Shown here piece by piece: positions 8,705-18,731 of a stretch of 64,000 nt of DNA; positions within the stretch are counted from its first letter, which is position 1; every line of letters begins with the position of its first letter. The DNA comes from Candidatus Melainabacteria bacterium (GTDB taxonomy: Bacteria; Cyanobacteriota; Vampirovibrionia; LMEP-6097), in contig DUDT01000002.1 in the NCBI GenBank assembly GCA_005110385.1, positions 27,854 to 91,853 on the forward strand. Reading direction: 5' to 3'. Both the position numbers and the translations under genes were made by a program. The notes below the pieces were generated by a model. That model did not search any database. It saw nothing but the letters and a program-made list of their open reading frames with translations, and was not told the origin of the DNA.

Positions 8705-9688
8705 ATGTCTTTAGAGACTATTATCAAAAAGTATGGAGCGGAAAATATATCTTTCGCTTTACTGAAAAGGACTGACAGCGAAAACGCAGAGACTGAAGTT
8801 GTACAAGGCTCCCTAGAATTCGAAAATATACTTGAACATAACCTAGACAGCTACTTTCATCCAGCTAGTCTTTTAAAATTATTCATAAGCCTGATGGCAA
8901 GTGAGCTTTTGCTACAAAATAATCAGCCAGAAGTCAAAGAAACTGACTATGAAAAAAATGAATTAAGCAGAGCTATTCAGGAAAGTATCTCTGCATCAGA
9001 TAACGATGCTCTCGCTTTCCTTATCGATTATTTAGCATCTTATCCTTGGGATTATAATCTCATTAATACAGGAAATACCCTAAAATTCACTCCAAATCAG
9101 CAATCCCAAGATGTTTTAAATAAAATACTTAATAGCCGCCTTGAAATTAATAAATTCTTTTTAGAAAAAGGTTTTTCCGAAAAAATAAACCTCGTAAATA
9201 AATGCTTTGGCTTTGATTACTACGGCAAAGAGAAACAGATCTATGAAGCTCTAGACCAGAATCAGATCAATAATCGAGATCTAATAAAACTGTTAATCCT
9301 TATAGAAAAGGACTTTCCCCTTATTTTGAATTCCATGAAACGGACACTTAAAAATAATGAGGATGACGAAAACGCAGAAATTGGAGTTCCGCTACACGCC
9401 CATATTCCTAGTGGCATAATCAATACTGAAGATTATCAAGCTCAAGCCTTCTCAGGAAAAGTGCTTGCTGAGGAATTTAAAGTAAAAAGCATTTATTCTA
9501 AAGCTGGCTGGAATTCTAAAGTTAGGCATGACGCTGTGCTATTTAGCATAAACAAGGATGATGAAAACACAGAAAATGGCGCTGTGCAGCAGTCTCAGTA
9601 TATTTTAACTGTACTAACTAAGAACCTCAGTCATGACGAAGAGATTTTACAAGAAATCGCACGAGAAGTAATCTTGACCTTAAATTAG
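8705..9688 (+). CDS. Serine beta-lactamase-like (class A-like fold) hypothetical protein carrying three in-frame repeat-element copies
   Basis: 'HPASLLK' (SxxK), 'SASDNDA' (SDN) and 'KAGW..VRHDAVLF' (KTG-like) motifs. Repeat peptides 'DSENAETEV', 'DDENAEIGVPLHAH' and 'DDENTENGAVQQ' are also present. Confidence 0.35.
   Translation: MSLETIIKKYGAENISFALLKRTDSENAETEVVQGSLEFENILEHNLDSYFHPASLLKLFISLMASELLLQNNQPEVKETDYEKNELSRAIQESISASDNDALAFLIDYLASYPWDYNLINTGNTLKFTPNQQSQDVLNKILNSRLEINKFFLEKGFSEKINLVNKCFGFDYYGKEKQIYEALDQNQINNRDLIKLLILIEKDFPLILNSMKRTLKNNEDDENAEIGVPLHAHIPSGIINTEDYQAQAFSGKVLAEEFKVKSIYSKAGWNSKVRHDAVLFSINKDDENTENGAVQQSQYILTVLTKNLSHDEEILQEIAREVILTLN
8771..8813 (+). repeat. Degenerate copy of the dispersed repeat (GACAGCGAAAACGCAGAGACTGAAGTTGTACAAGG)
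   Basis: Matches the 54735-54790 variant (GACAGCGACGAAAACGCAGAAA...GTTGTGCAGCGG). Confidence 0.6.
9356..9410 (+). repeat. Dispersed in-frame repeat element copy (AATGAGGATGACGAAAACGCAGAAATTGGAGTTCCGCTACACGCCCATATTCCTA)
   Basis: Best-conserved copy. It shares its 5' 'AATGAGGAT' with the copy at 22001. Confidence 0.85.
9554..9598 (+). repeat. Variant copy of the dispersed repeat (AAGGATGATGAAAACACAGAAAATGGCGCTGTGCAGCAGTC)
   Basis: Matches GAAAACGCAGAAAATGGAGTTGTGCAGCGGTC at 54755-54790. Confidence 0.7.
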
Positions 9689-9704
9689 GACTCTTCTGAA
9701 TTCA

Positions 9705-10203
9705 TCACCCTGCAACAGCTTCATCCAAAGCACTCTGTTTAGCACCAGTCTGCCCTTGATAATTACTCTTCGAATTCTTTTTCTTGCCGTAGGGATGAGT
9801 AACAGGTAAATTACGCATAAATATCATTTGAGCGATAGGCTTGCCCGCTATAAGCTTCAAAGGCGCCTTTCCTTGATTAGTTAACTCAACTACCCCTTCA
9901 CCCTCAAAACCACTGTCAAATAGCCCAGCAGACTCCACGTAGAGTCCTAAACGTGCCCATGAACTTTTCCCTTGAAGATAACCATGTATAGTATTCGGGA
10001 AATAAAAATATTCTCTAGTAGTGCCTAAGACAAAATCACCTGGTGCAAGAATCATTTCATCAGCATCAAACTCCTCAAAACTTCCATCTGAACGCTGCTT
10101 TGCAAAATGTCTACCGATATGTACATCTAGGCTATTAGGCTGTATCGCCTTCTCTTCTAAATTATCTATTCTCAGAAAACCTAATGCTAGATAGAGTCTC
10201 ATC
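9705..10203 (-). CDS. dcd: dCTP deaminase (short Dcd/dUTPase-fold). The true start is likely the internal Met 'MRLYLALGF...'. The ORF track runs on to 10313 with a hydrophobic non-homologous N-terminus.
   Basis: 'SSWARLGLYVES' and the C-terminal '...YQGQTG' are Dcd signatures. E. coli Dcd starts 'MRLCDRDI'. Confidence 0.7.
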
Positions 10204-10317
10204 TGCCAGTCTACTAAATTCCCTGGACTAAGAAACACTAAGTATAAGCCAAAAAGTATTATTGGACTGATTAATAGAGAGATGTAAAGAAGTATTAAAG
10301 GATATATGCTCATAAAA

Positions 10318-11382
10318 TTACGCCTTAAGTGCTGCTCCCACTAAATTTTTCAGTTCGTCTACCTTAGAGCTTCTTGACATAGCATCCTCTAGGCTGATGA
10401 CATCACGGTTATAAAGTTCTGCTAGAGCAGATTCCAAAGTCTGCATGCCAATATTTTTACCAGTCTGAATCGCTGAATAGATCTGCGAGGTTTTAGACTC
10501 TCTAATTAAATTAGCCACACCAGGTGTAACCAACATCGCCTCCATAGCGACTACCCTTCCTTGACCATCACGCCTAGCAAGCAGGGTTTGGCTAAGTACA
10601 GCTTTTAATGAATGACTAAGCTGAGTTCTCACCTGTGCCTGCTGCTCAGCTGGGAACACATCAATAAGCCTATCGATAGTACCCGCTGCTGATGAAGTAT
10701 GCAATGTCGCGAAAACTAAATGCCCCGTTTCAGCAGCACGCACAGCAAGTGAAATAGTCTCTAAATCACGCATCTCACCAATTAGAATAACGTCTGGATC
10801 TTCTCTCAAAGCAGCTCTAAGAGCATTAGAGAAAGAATGCGTATGATTACCTATCTCACGCTGATTAATAATACTCTGCTTAGAGGTGTGGATATACTCT
10901 ATCGGATCTTCGATAGTAAGTATATGTTCAGCACGATTAGTATTAATCCAGTCCACCATCGCCGCTAAGGTAGTAGATTTACCAGAACCAGTAGGACCAG
11001 TAACCAATACTAGACCGCGAGGTAGCATTACTAGTTTTTTTACTATCTCAGGTAATCCAAGTTCCTCTATGGATGGTATCTGATAACTTATCATCCTTAA
11101 AGCCACACTGTAACCGAGCCTATCTTTAAAAACATTTATTCTAAAACGACCCACGCCTTCTATACCATAAGCACAGTCGACTTCCCACTCATTCTCTAAA
11201 ACCTTTAGCTGATCCTGTGAGAGAAAACCATCACAGATACTCTTAATCTGCTCACTGGTCAGCTTCTGCATCTCGGTTCTTCTTAGGACACCATTGATTC
11301 TAAGTATAGGTGGCTCTTGTGGAGTAAGATGTAAGTCACTTGCCTTCGCTTTCTTTACTAAATCTAATAATTTATTAATCAT
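10318..11382 (-). CDS. pilT: Type IV pilus twitching-motility ATPase PilT
   Basis: 'LVLVTGPTGSGKSTTLAAM' Walker A and 'ILIGEMRDLETI' Walker B/Asp box, plus a PilT-type C-terminus. 354 aa. Confidence 0.85.
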   Translation of the reverse strand: MINKLLDLVKKAKASDLHLTPQEPPILRINGVLRRTEMQKLTSEQIKSICDGFLSQDQLKVLENEWEVDCAYGIEGVGRFRINVFKDRLGYSVALRMISYQIPSIEELGLPEIVKKLVMLPRGLVLVTGPTGSGKSTTLAAMVDWINTNRAEHILTIEDPIEYIHTSKQSIINQREIGNHTHSFSNALRAALREDPDVILIGEMRDLETISLAVRAAETGHLVFATLHTSSAAGTIDRLIDVFPAEQQAQVRTQLSHSLKAVLSQTLLARRDGQGRVVAMEAMLVTPGVANLIRESKTSQIYSAIQTGKNIGMQTLESALAELYNRDVISLEDAMSRSSKVDELKNLVGAALKA

Positions 11383-11397
11383 AGAGTACCTTTCATC

Positions 11398-12408
11398 TTA
11401 GCCTAAATGCTTAAACACCTTATATGCAGTATCTAAAAGTGGTGCATAATCTTTAGCTCTAGATTTTAAAAGTAAATAATTACCCTTAAACTCAGCGATT
11501 AAATACCAAACTGCTCCACTACTAATCAATGCCTGACAGACTTTCCCCGTACCAATAGCCTGCGATGCTTGGCTAGAATTTTTAAATACCGAGATAAGCT
11601 CGTCTTTATTACTGTCATCCCAGAAAAAAACAGATTTCTCTAATGAGGTAAAACTATCATCTAAGCACAATGCTGCCGTAATATCTTTATTAATATATTT
11701 AAGTAAAGCCTCTTCTAGACTTGAAAGCTTAACATTTGTATTACTATAACTCTTTGTTGAAAACTGTTCTAAATAAACATCAAAAATTTCACTAACTTCG
11801 TCTTTAAGCTCATTTGCCATTCTGCGAGACTTTAAAGCCTGCTGCTTATTTTTAATCTGTTCTTCTGGAACTTCTGCGATTAAATTAGAGAAATCAGCTT
11901 TTTTAAAACTATTTACCATAGTTTCCGAATCATCGAAAATAGTCTTCCAATGCAGTCTTTCCTTTAGATAAATTATCCCGAATACTAAAAGATTTATGAG
12001 AAGTAATACATAGGCATTCACTAAAACCGCTGTAGGAGACTGTCTTACACTGTTATCAGTAGCTACTTGGTTTACTAAAGGCTCTTTAAATATAAAGGCT
12101 GGCGTTCCCTCGCCAAGTGGGACGAAAACTAAAAGTAAAAAGAAAACAGCTATGATTACTAAAAATTCTGCTGAGAGCTTTATTACCTTTTTATTATCTA
12201 CCGCTGGAAACATAAAGCTAATACTTAAAAAAGCGAAAGCTAATTCACCCATTAGGAGATTTAGTATAGAGATCTCTGTCACCAAGCTGCTAAAAGCCGA
12301 GAGATATGAAAGCACTGTCATTAGAATTAAGACAGCCACAATTAATGAGACTATACGCCTACGCATTAATCCTCTTAAAACCGAATTTAAATCAAAACCT
12401 GAAAGCAA
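11398..12408 (-). CDS. Hypothetical polytopic membrane protein with a cytoplasmic C-terminal domain, located downstream of pilT
   Basis: Four to five hydrophobic helices in the N-terminal half. No recognised motif. Confidence 0.4.
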   Translation of the reverse strand: MLSGFDLNSVLRGLMRRRIVSLIVAVLILMTVLSYLSAFSSLVTEISILNLLMGELAFAFLSISFMFPAVDNKKVIKLSAEFLVIIAVFFLLLVFVPLGEGTPAFIFKEPLVNQVATDNSVRQSPTAVLVNAYVLLLINLLVFGIIYLKERLHWKTIFDDSETMVNSFKKADFSNLIAEVPEEQIKNKQQALKSRRMANELKDEVSEIFDVYLEQFSTKSYSNTNVKLSSLEEALLKYINKDITAALCLDDSFTSLEKSVFFWDDSNKDELISVFKNSSQASQAIGTGKVCQALISSGAVWYLIAEFKGNYLLLKSRAKDYAPLLDTAYKVFKHLG

Positions 12409-14956
12409 CTGATAATTCCTTTATTAAAAACTCTTTTAGCTTTACGACCTCAGCATCTATCTGTTCTCTAGAATACTCTTGCTCAGAATGCCATCTAAGC
12501 CTTAAAGTAAAACTACTCTGATAAAGATCTAATAATTTAATATCCTGCAGGTCTTTAGATTTAAATTTCTTAATACCATTCACGATCCCAGCATAAGTAT
12601 GTCCAGAACCAGCATCTACAGTAATATCCCTTTCTAATGGAGGGTTTTTAATAATCTTGCCGAATTTACTTTTCAGCTTACGTGGCAGTTCAAGCTCAAT
12701 AAAATAGAGCTTCGCTGGTAATTCTAGCTCTTCTACTTTCTGCGGATGAATCTTAGCGATATAGCCTATCTCTTTACCCTGATATATGACCTTAGCAGCG
12801 ATACCAGGATGCATTAAGTCTGTTAAAATACTTTCTGGATCTGAGTTAAGAGCTGTTTTTTTAATAATAGATTCCGCTTCTAAAGTCGTGAAACTTACAT
12901 TCTGATAAAGTCTTTCAATAATCGATTTAAATTCATAAAAATCCTTCTCTCTATGTAAGGGTTTCTGCTCATCAGTCCACGATTTCTCTAGCTTCGCCAT
13001 TACTATAGCGACTTTCTCTATTTCCACTGTGTCGCTTAAATCGTATTCTGCGTTTTTGTCACGCTTGTAAGAGTAAGTTTTACCAAATTCAAACAGCTTA
13101 ATATCAGTAGTTCTGTCATTAGCATAATTTCTGGAAACAGCCTTTATTAAAGAAGGTAATAATGAAGTCCTTAACACGGAATAGTCTTTAGATAATGGAT
13201 TTAACATTTTAATCGCTAACTCAGAAACAGATGTATCACTAACAAGGCTGCTTAAAATCACTTGATTAAAGCCTTCTGCGATTAATAAATTTTCTAACTC
13301 TTCTTTCGCGATGTTATCTTCTTTAGCTTCCAGACTAGCTTGCATAGATGGTAACTGAGCTGGAATATTATCATAGCCATAGATTCGAGCTATCTCTTCG
13401 ATAAGATCTATTTCACGCTGTATATCTTTAGTTCTAAAGCTAGGCACAGAAAATATATACAATAGCTGAGAAGCAATACTCTGATTAGATTCTACACCAT
13501 TACTAACAGCTGAGACCTCGTTTATTTCACCCACATAGCTGATACCCAAAGAAGCTAAAAGCTTCTGCACCTCTATAAGTGATAGATCTATTCCGATAAA
13601 TCTCTTTATCTGAGGTAATCTTAGCGAAACTTCTTTAGTCTCTAAAGTCTCATCTCCAGCCTTCGCTAAGTTACCTAAAACAGTAAGTTCTGTTTCAGTA
13701 GCTAAATTACTTAAAAGATCAAGAGACATTAATATCGCATTTAGGGTATTAAGTTTATCTACACCTCTCTCGAAGCGTTTCTTCGCTTCGCTATCTATAC
13801 CAGCAGCTCTAGCGCTGCGTCTTACTGTCGCTGGGTAAAACACGGCCGACTCGATAACTATATTATTTGTGGCAAGAGTAATCTGTGAATCAAAACCACC
13901 CATCACCCCAGCAATAGCCACTGGACCAGACTCATCAGCGATGACTAAATTAATTTCACTTAATTCATAAGTTTCACCATCTAAGGCTTTCATGCTCTCA
14001 CCTGAATTCGCTCTGCGGGAAACAAGTTTAGAACCCTTTAATTTATCTTTATCGTAAAAATGCAGCGGCTGACCTAAAGTTAACTGAACATAATTACTTA
14101 TATCCACTAAATTATTAATTGATTTCATACCCATCGCATTTAATCTATCTTTCAGCCACTGCGGGGAATCTTTAACTTTAAGCCCTGAAACATTTAAAGT
14201 ATAAAAAAGCGAAGTATCTTTAGTATCAGTTATCTCTGGCTCTATAAAATCTGCATTCTTACTAGAATAAGCCTGAATCCCTTTACTAGTAAGCTGTTTT
14301 AATGGACGCTGCAACAGAACAGATATCTCTCTTGCCTGCCCTTGCACAGAAAGTGCATCACCACGATTACTTCTAGCTCCTATATCTAAAACAGTATCCT
14401 CTTCTATGCCTAAAACCTTTCTGACGGTAGTTCCTAAAGGAAGATCTAAAGCCTTATTCTCTATATCCGCTCGATTCGGATCGAAAAATAAATATATACC
14501 ATCACCCTGTTTCGCTTTAATTTTCTCTACTTCATCTTCACTAAATCCTAGTTCCTCTACGCCGCAGAGCATCCCGAAGCTTTCTACATCACGAATTTTA
14601 CTAGGCTTAATTTGAGTAAAATCACCTTTAACACTTTTTAACTTCGCACCGATAGTCGCGACTGGTACTTTCTGCCCAACAGCTATATTTTTCGCTCCGC
14701 AGACTATTTGTTGAATATTTTTAGTACCATCAGCATTTAAGCCGATAGCCGTTTTAGTAACCTGTAATTTATCAGCATTCGGGTGAGGAGCTATCTCTAG
14801 AATCTCACCTAAAACTATACGCTCATCTATAGAATCATTAAAGGACTCATAGTCCTCAACCTCAAAGGCTCTCATAGTTAATTCGTGCACCAGATCTTTC
14901 AGCGGTACATCTTTAATATCAACGAACTCATTTAAGCAGTTTAAAGATACTCTCAT
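12392..14956 (-). CDS. pheT: Phenylalanine--tRNA ligase beta subunit
   Basis: 854 aa. N-terminal tRNA-binding domain ('GAKNIAVGQKVPVATIGA'), B3/4, B5 and C-terminal anticodon-binding domains are recognisable. Confidence 0.9.
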   Translation of the reverse strand: MRVSLNCLNEFVDIKDVPLKDLVHELTMRAFEVEDYESFNDSIDERIVLGEILEIAPHPNADKLQVTKTAIGLNADGTKNIQQIVCGAKNIAVGQKVPVATIGAKLKSVKGDFTQIKPSKIRDVESFGMLCGVEELGFSEDEVEKIKAKQGDGIYLFFDPNRADIENKALDLPLGTTVRKVLGIEEDTVLDIGARSNRGDALSVQGQAREISVLLQRPLKQLTSKGIQAYSSKNADFIEPEITDTKDTSLFYTLNVSGLKVKDSPQWLKDRLNAMGMKSINNLVDISNYVQLTLGQPLHFYDKDKLKGSKLVSRRANSGESMKALDGETYELSEINLVIADESGPVAIAGVMGGFDSQITLATNNIVIESAVFYPATVRRSARAAGIDSEAKKRFERGVDKLNTLNAILMSLDLLSNLATETELTVLGNLAKAGDETLETKEVSLRLPQIKRFIGIDLSLIEVQKLLASLGISYVGEINEVSAVSNGVESNQSIASQLLYIFSVPSFRTKDIQREIDLIEEIARIYGYDNIPAQLPSMQASLEAKEDNIAKEELENLLIAEGFNQVILSSLVSDTSVSELAIKMLNPLSKDYSVLRTSLLPSLIKAVSRNYANDRTTDIKLFEFGKTYSYKRDKNAEYDLSDTVEIEKVAIVMAKLEKSWTDEQKPLHREKDFYEFKSIIERLYQNVSFTTLEAESIIKKTALNSDPESILTDLMHPGIAAKVIYQGKEIGYIAKIHPQKVEELELPAKLYFIELELPRKLKSKFGKIIKNPPLERDITVDAGSGHTYAGIVNGIKKFKSKDLQDIKLLDLYQSSFTLRLRWHSEQEYSREQIDAEVVKLKEFLIKELSVAFRF

Positions 14957-14977
14957 GCAAGTTACAATATTAGCAAT

Positions 14978-15334
14978 ATGGCGTTTATGAAGAAATCATT
15001 TTCATCTTTTTTGGTTCTAATTAGCTTAATTAGCTACCCTTTAAGCTCCTCGGCCGCAAATAGCCCAGCAGAGCCACATGAATCTCTAGAATGGTTTGAG
15101 CTTATGCAAGACTGGTTAGATAGTAAAGTTGATGAAACTACTATAGAACTTCATGAAGAAATGGATAAAACTTTAGAAACAGCCGAGAAAACTAAAAAAG
15201 AAGTCCGCAAGGATATAGAAAAAACTAAAAAAAAGAATCAAGAAAAAAAGGCTGAGCTAAAAAAGAAAAAAGAAGCTCATAGGGAAAAACTAAAAAAAGA
15301 ACTAAATACTGGCAAAGAGCTTCGTGCCGACTAA
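14978..15334 (+). CDS. Small secreted Lys/Glu-rich coiled-coil protein
   Basis: Signal peptide 'SSFLVLISLISYPLSSSAA', followed by a KKEEK-rich region. Confidence 0.35.
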   Translation: MAFMKKSFSSFLVLISLISYPLSSSAANSPAEPHESLEWFELMQDWLDSKVDETTIELHEEMDKTLETAEKTKKEVRKDIEKTKKKNQEKKAELKKKKEAHREKLKKELNTGKELRAD

Positions 15335-15369
15335 GACAGAGAGTCTATAATTCGTTCGTAATTCCATTA

Positions 15370-16263
15370 TTAAACTTGATGATCTAATAGTGGAATTACT
15401 ATAAGATGGAACATATCTTCTAATGACTTCTGCATGAGATCTTCAATACTTTGATAATTCCTATCTTTCTTATGCTGTTTCCTCTCAGCTGCAGCTATCT
15501 CATTAAAAGCCTCATTTAATTCTAGTGACTGTCCTACAAGCCGTTTATAAATCTGTGAAACCCTTTCCTCTAATCTTGCCTGAAAAATATCGCTCTTAAT
15601 AAATGTTTCAAAATCTTTCTTTAATGGTGAATCACCCCACTTCTGATGATTCTGATTAAGACTCTTTTCTAAATGATTGCTTTGAAAAGCATTCTCTAAT
15701 TGTTTAATAGCGAAATCTTTTAAAATCCTCTCTGCTGGTTCAAAAAAATAAAACCTAAGGTTATCTTCATCCAGCATACTTTTAGAGAACCTCTCTTTAA
15801 TTTCTAAATAGCCATCTTTAAAGCTCTCTGCTCTCTGTAATTGCTCTTGAGCTTTAAGCATAAAATCTTGCTGAGCTTCTATCCCCTTCTCGTCAATGTT
15901 GTGCCTCATAAGCGTCCAAAGACGATGAACCATTGATAAAACACGGGGATGCGTATTAGAAAATTTCGAATAAGCCATTTCTCTAGCTAAATATCTTTTA
16001 ATTTCAGGTGAAGCAGTAGTTAATTCCCCATTCATCATTGAATTAGCTGGACCAACCTCAAACAATGGCTGCCCACCAGCTGCTTGGATACTATTATTAA
16101 ATGCAGTTAAAATCTTTACTGGATAAACTTTCATGCTTATTACCTTAAACTCCTGCAATGCTAGCAACTTTAATTGCCCCATGTAGTTATTATTAAAAAA
16201 GCTTAAAGGAATTTTATCTATCATAAGCAAATTATTGGACTCAGATTCCAAAAATTCTATCAA
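15370..16263 (-). CDS. Hypothetical protein
   Basis: 297-aa ORF with no recognisable family. Confidence 0.4.
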   Translation of the reverse strand: MIEFLESESNNLLMIDKIPLSFFNNNYMGQLKLLALQEFKVISMKVYPVKILTAFNNSIQAAGGQPLFEVGPANSMMNGELTTASPEIKRYLAREMAYSKFSNTHPRVLSMVHRLWTLMRHNIDEKGIEAQQDFMLKAQEQLQRAESFKDGYLEIKERFSKSMLDEDNLRFYFFEPAERILKDFAIKQLENAFQSNHLEKSLNQNHQKWGDSPLKKDFETFIKSDIFQARLEERVSQIYKRLVGQSLELNEAFNEIAAAERKQHKKDRNYQSIEDLMQKSLEDMFHLIVIPLLDHQV

Positions 16264-16336
16264 TTTTTCAGACTAGAACTCCAAAACACCCAAAAACTGG
16301 GTAAAATATTAATATTCAAGAAAGTATTTTAAAACC

Positions 16337-17476
16337 ATGGATATAAAAAGAGAAGTACAAATAGATAAACTTCTAAAAAAAGGCAAAGCCTTACTAATCT
16401 ATGGTGCAAGGCAGGTTGGAAAAACTACTTTAGTTAAAAACTTTCTTCTCAAGAATAAATCTAAATTCAGGCAGCGTACTGGAGAAGACATTCAGCTACA
16501 GATTTTATTTAAAGACCTTTCAATAACTGACTTAGACGAGTTTGTGGAAAATTTAGAAATTCTCATTATAGATGAGGCTCAAATTCTAGAGAATCTCGGC
16601 AGAGGAATTAAATTAATTTTAGATAGAAACCCAAAGCTAGCAATAATATTAACAGGTTCATCTTCATTTGAATTAGCAAATCAGCTCAGTGAGGCACTAA
16701 CTGGTAGGAAAAAAACTCAATCCCTCTTACCTCTTAGTATTAAAGAACTCTCTGAGCATTATGGTCGATATGAAATTAAACATAAACTAGAAGAATTATT
16801 ACTCTATGGCTCATACCCCGAAGTCATTACGACTGAAAATAAACATGAGAAGCGAGAACTGATCCTTGAGATAGCTAATAGCTATTTATTTAAAGATATT
16901 CTGAGTTTTTTAAATCTAAAAAAAGCTGATGTCCTTTATAAATTAACGAAATTACTTGCTTATCAAATCAGCTCAGAAGTGAATGTTAATGAGCTTGCGA
17001 GTAACTTACAAGTCGATAATAAAACTATTACTCATTACCTAGATATATTAGAAAAATCCTTTGTTATAAAAATGATTCCAGCCTTCAATAGTAATCAGAG
17101 AAACGAAATCAAAAAATCTAAAAAGATATATTTCTTAGATCTCGGTATTAGAAATGCTTTAATAAACCAGTTTCAAGACATAGAGTTACGAAATGACAAA
17201 GGAGCATTATGGGAGAATTTCGTTTTTCTGGAACTCTATAAGCGAATCGAATACGACAGAAGTTTTAAAACTATCTATTTTTGGCGAACCCATGAACAGC
17301 AGGAAATAGATTTTATCCTAGAAGCAGATGGTTTACTAGAACTCTATGAAGCTAAGTTTAATGCTAAAAAAAGCGCGAAGATCCCGCCGCAGTGGCTAAA
17401 ACATTATCCAGAATTTCAAGAATTAAAGCTGATTCATACTGGGAATTTTATGGATTATTTTACTAATACAGATTAG
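16337..17476 (+). CDS. AAA+ ATPase, COG1373/DUF4143 family (paralog 1)
   Basis: 'LLIYGARQVGKTTL' P-loop, 'ILIIDEAQ' Walker B and a C-terminal DUF4143-like region ('YFWRTHEQQEIDFIL'). Confidence 0.75.
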   Translation: MDIKREVQIDKLLKKGKALLIYGARQVGKTTLVKNFLLKNKSKFRQRTGEDIQLQILFKDLSITDLDEFVENLEILIIDEAQILENLGRGIKLILDRNPKLAIILTGSSSFELANQLSEALTGRKKTQSLLPLSIKELSEHYGRYEIKHKLEELLLYGSYPEVITTENKHEKRELILEIANSYLFKDILSFLNLKKADVLYKLTKLLAYQISSEVNVNELASNLQVDNKTITHYLDILEKSFVIKMIPAFNSNQRNEIKKSKKIYFLDLGIRNALINQFQDIELRNDKGALWENFVFLELYKRIEYDRSFKTIYFWRTHEQQEIDFILEADGLLELYEAKFNAKKSAKIPPQWLKHYPEFQELKLIHTGNFMDYFTNTD

Positions 17477-17582
17477 ATATTAAATGCATTAAAAATCATT
17501 AAAAGAATTTTATCTATTCGCTAATCTGCCCTTTAATACTGCTAAGATTATGAGCGTCTTATTTTAAACAAAGGAGTTTAAA

Positions 17583-18710
17583 TTGGATAGACGTAAGTTC
17601 CTAACATTAGCAGGAGCAGCAGGAGTTATGGCAGCATACCCCAGAGTAACTGCGGCTTCTGTACCTAAAATATCTGATAATGAAGAAGCCTTTCAAACTT
17701 CTGATAAAAGTGGTGCCAATAATACACCCCAAAAGCACCGCCCAAGAGCTTTACATGAAAAAGCTTTAGAAACATTAAATCCCACTACTACAGAAGCAGC
17801 CACCTCAATCTTTAGCCAGTTTCAAGAAGCTTCTCTATTGATCGAAAAAAATATAAAAGCTAATACAGTTGGTCGTTTAAACAAAGAAGAAACTATTTAC
17901 TCTAATGCTGATAAATGGGCATCTGCCACTATGGCTGCTCCTATATGGGCATTAAGCCTAGCAAGTCGCACACTCGGTGATTCTATTACAGCAGGAATTG
18001 AATTAAGTAAATCCGATAAATCCTCACTCAGCACCATGTTTGCATATAATGCTCAAACTTTTTCTATCACTTATATTAAAAACTTTCTTGTCGAATCATT
18101 ACGAAATTCACTCATAGAGCAGATGAAATTAAATAATGAACTAGACCCTCGTCGTATCAATGCTCAAGCTGTTTTTAAAGATCTAAATCAAAACAGAGAT
18201 TCTCTGAAAATAAAATTCTCAGAGAATCTTCAATCAATATATGAAATTCCTAAATCCTTTAAAGAGACTTCTCTTGATAGAAAAATCTTCGATAGCGGAT
18301 CAATCGTCATAGGTTTTCTACTAAGCCCTATTAATACTGGTCTTGGTAAATTTGCAAGTGCACTAGGTCGCCAAAGAATAGTCGGTGAGAATGCTTTAAG
18401 AAAAGAGCTGGGGTCTGAAAATTATAATAAACAAGCCAAAATAGCTGTGGCTAATGCAATTACTTACCCTTTTTTTAATTTAATTAATGGAATATGCCAA
18501 GAGCTAGTTAAGAAGACTATTACACTTGATAGCAGCTCACAGTTAGCTCAAACTAATTTCAGAGAATTAATCGGTAACCTATCAAGCTTTTTTGGATATA
18601 TGACTCTAAAAGTACCTATTCAAAATGAGCTTGAACATGCGATGCATAAGCAAGAAGAATTCAGGACACCTTTTAGGGAAATTGCTGTATTGATGGAGCC
18701 AAATAAATGA
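17583..18710 (+). CDS. Hypothetical exported protein with a twin-arginine signal peptide
   Basis: 'MDRRKFLTLAGAAGVMAAYP' is an RRxFL Tat motif. Confidence 0.5.
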   Translation: MDRRKFLTLAGAAGVMAAYPRVTAASVPKISDNEEAFQTSDKSGANNTPQKHRPRALHEKALETLNPTTTEAATSIFSQFQEASLLIEKNIKANTVGRLNKEETIYSNADKWASATMAAPIWALSLASRTLGDSITAGIELSKSDKSSLSTMFAYNAQTFSITYIKNFLVESLRNSLIEQMKLNNELDPRRINAQAVFKDLNQNRDSLKIKFSENLQSIYEIPKSFKETSLDRKIFDSGSIVIGFLLSPINTGLGKFASALGRQRIVGENALRKELGSENYNKQAKIAVANAITYPFFNLINGICQELVKKTITLDSSSQLAQTNFRELIGNLSSFFGYMTLKVPIQNELEHAMHKQEEFRTPFREIAVLMEPNK

Positions 18711-18731
18711 AGCTCAGATTTTATAAAACCA

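Noticed and set aside
9356-9410. Considered assigning the window to Rickettsia on the basis of the RPE-like in-frame repeats.
   Set aside because: The gene content (korAB, GH1 beta-glucosidase, pilT, SpeH-type AdoMetDC, hipBST-like operon, flagellin-like gene) is not Rickettsia-like. I cannot name the taxon from sequence alone.
10204-10313. Hydrophobic N-terminal extensions on the dcd ORF (10204-10313), the ndk ORF (42990-43187) and the fabG ORF (49929-49988).
   Set aside because: Homology to Dcd, NDK and FabG begins at internal Met codons that match the canonical N-termini. The upstream parts are ORF-finder over-extensions into promoter DNA.
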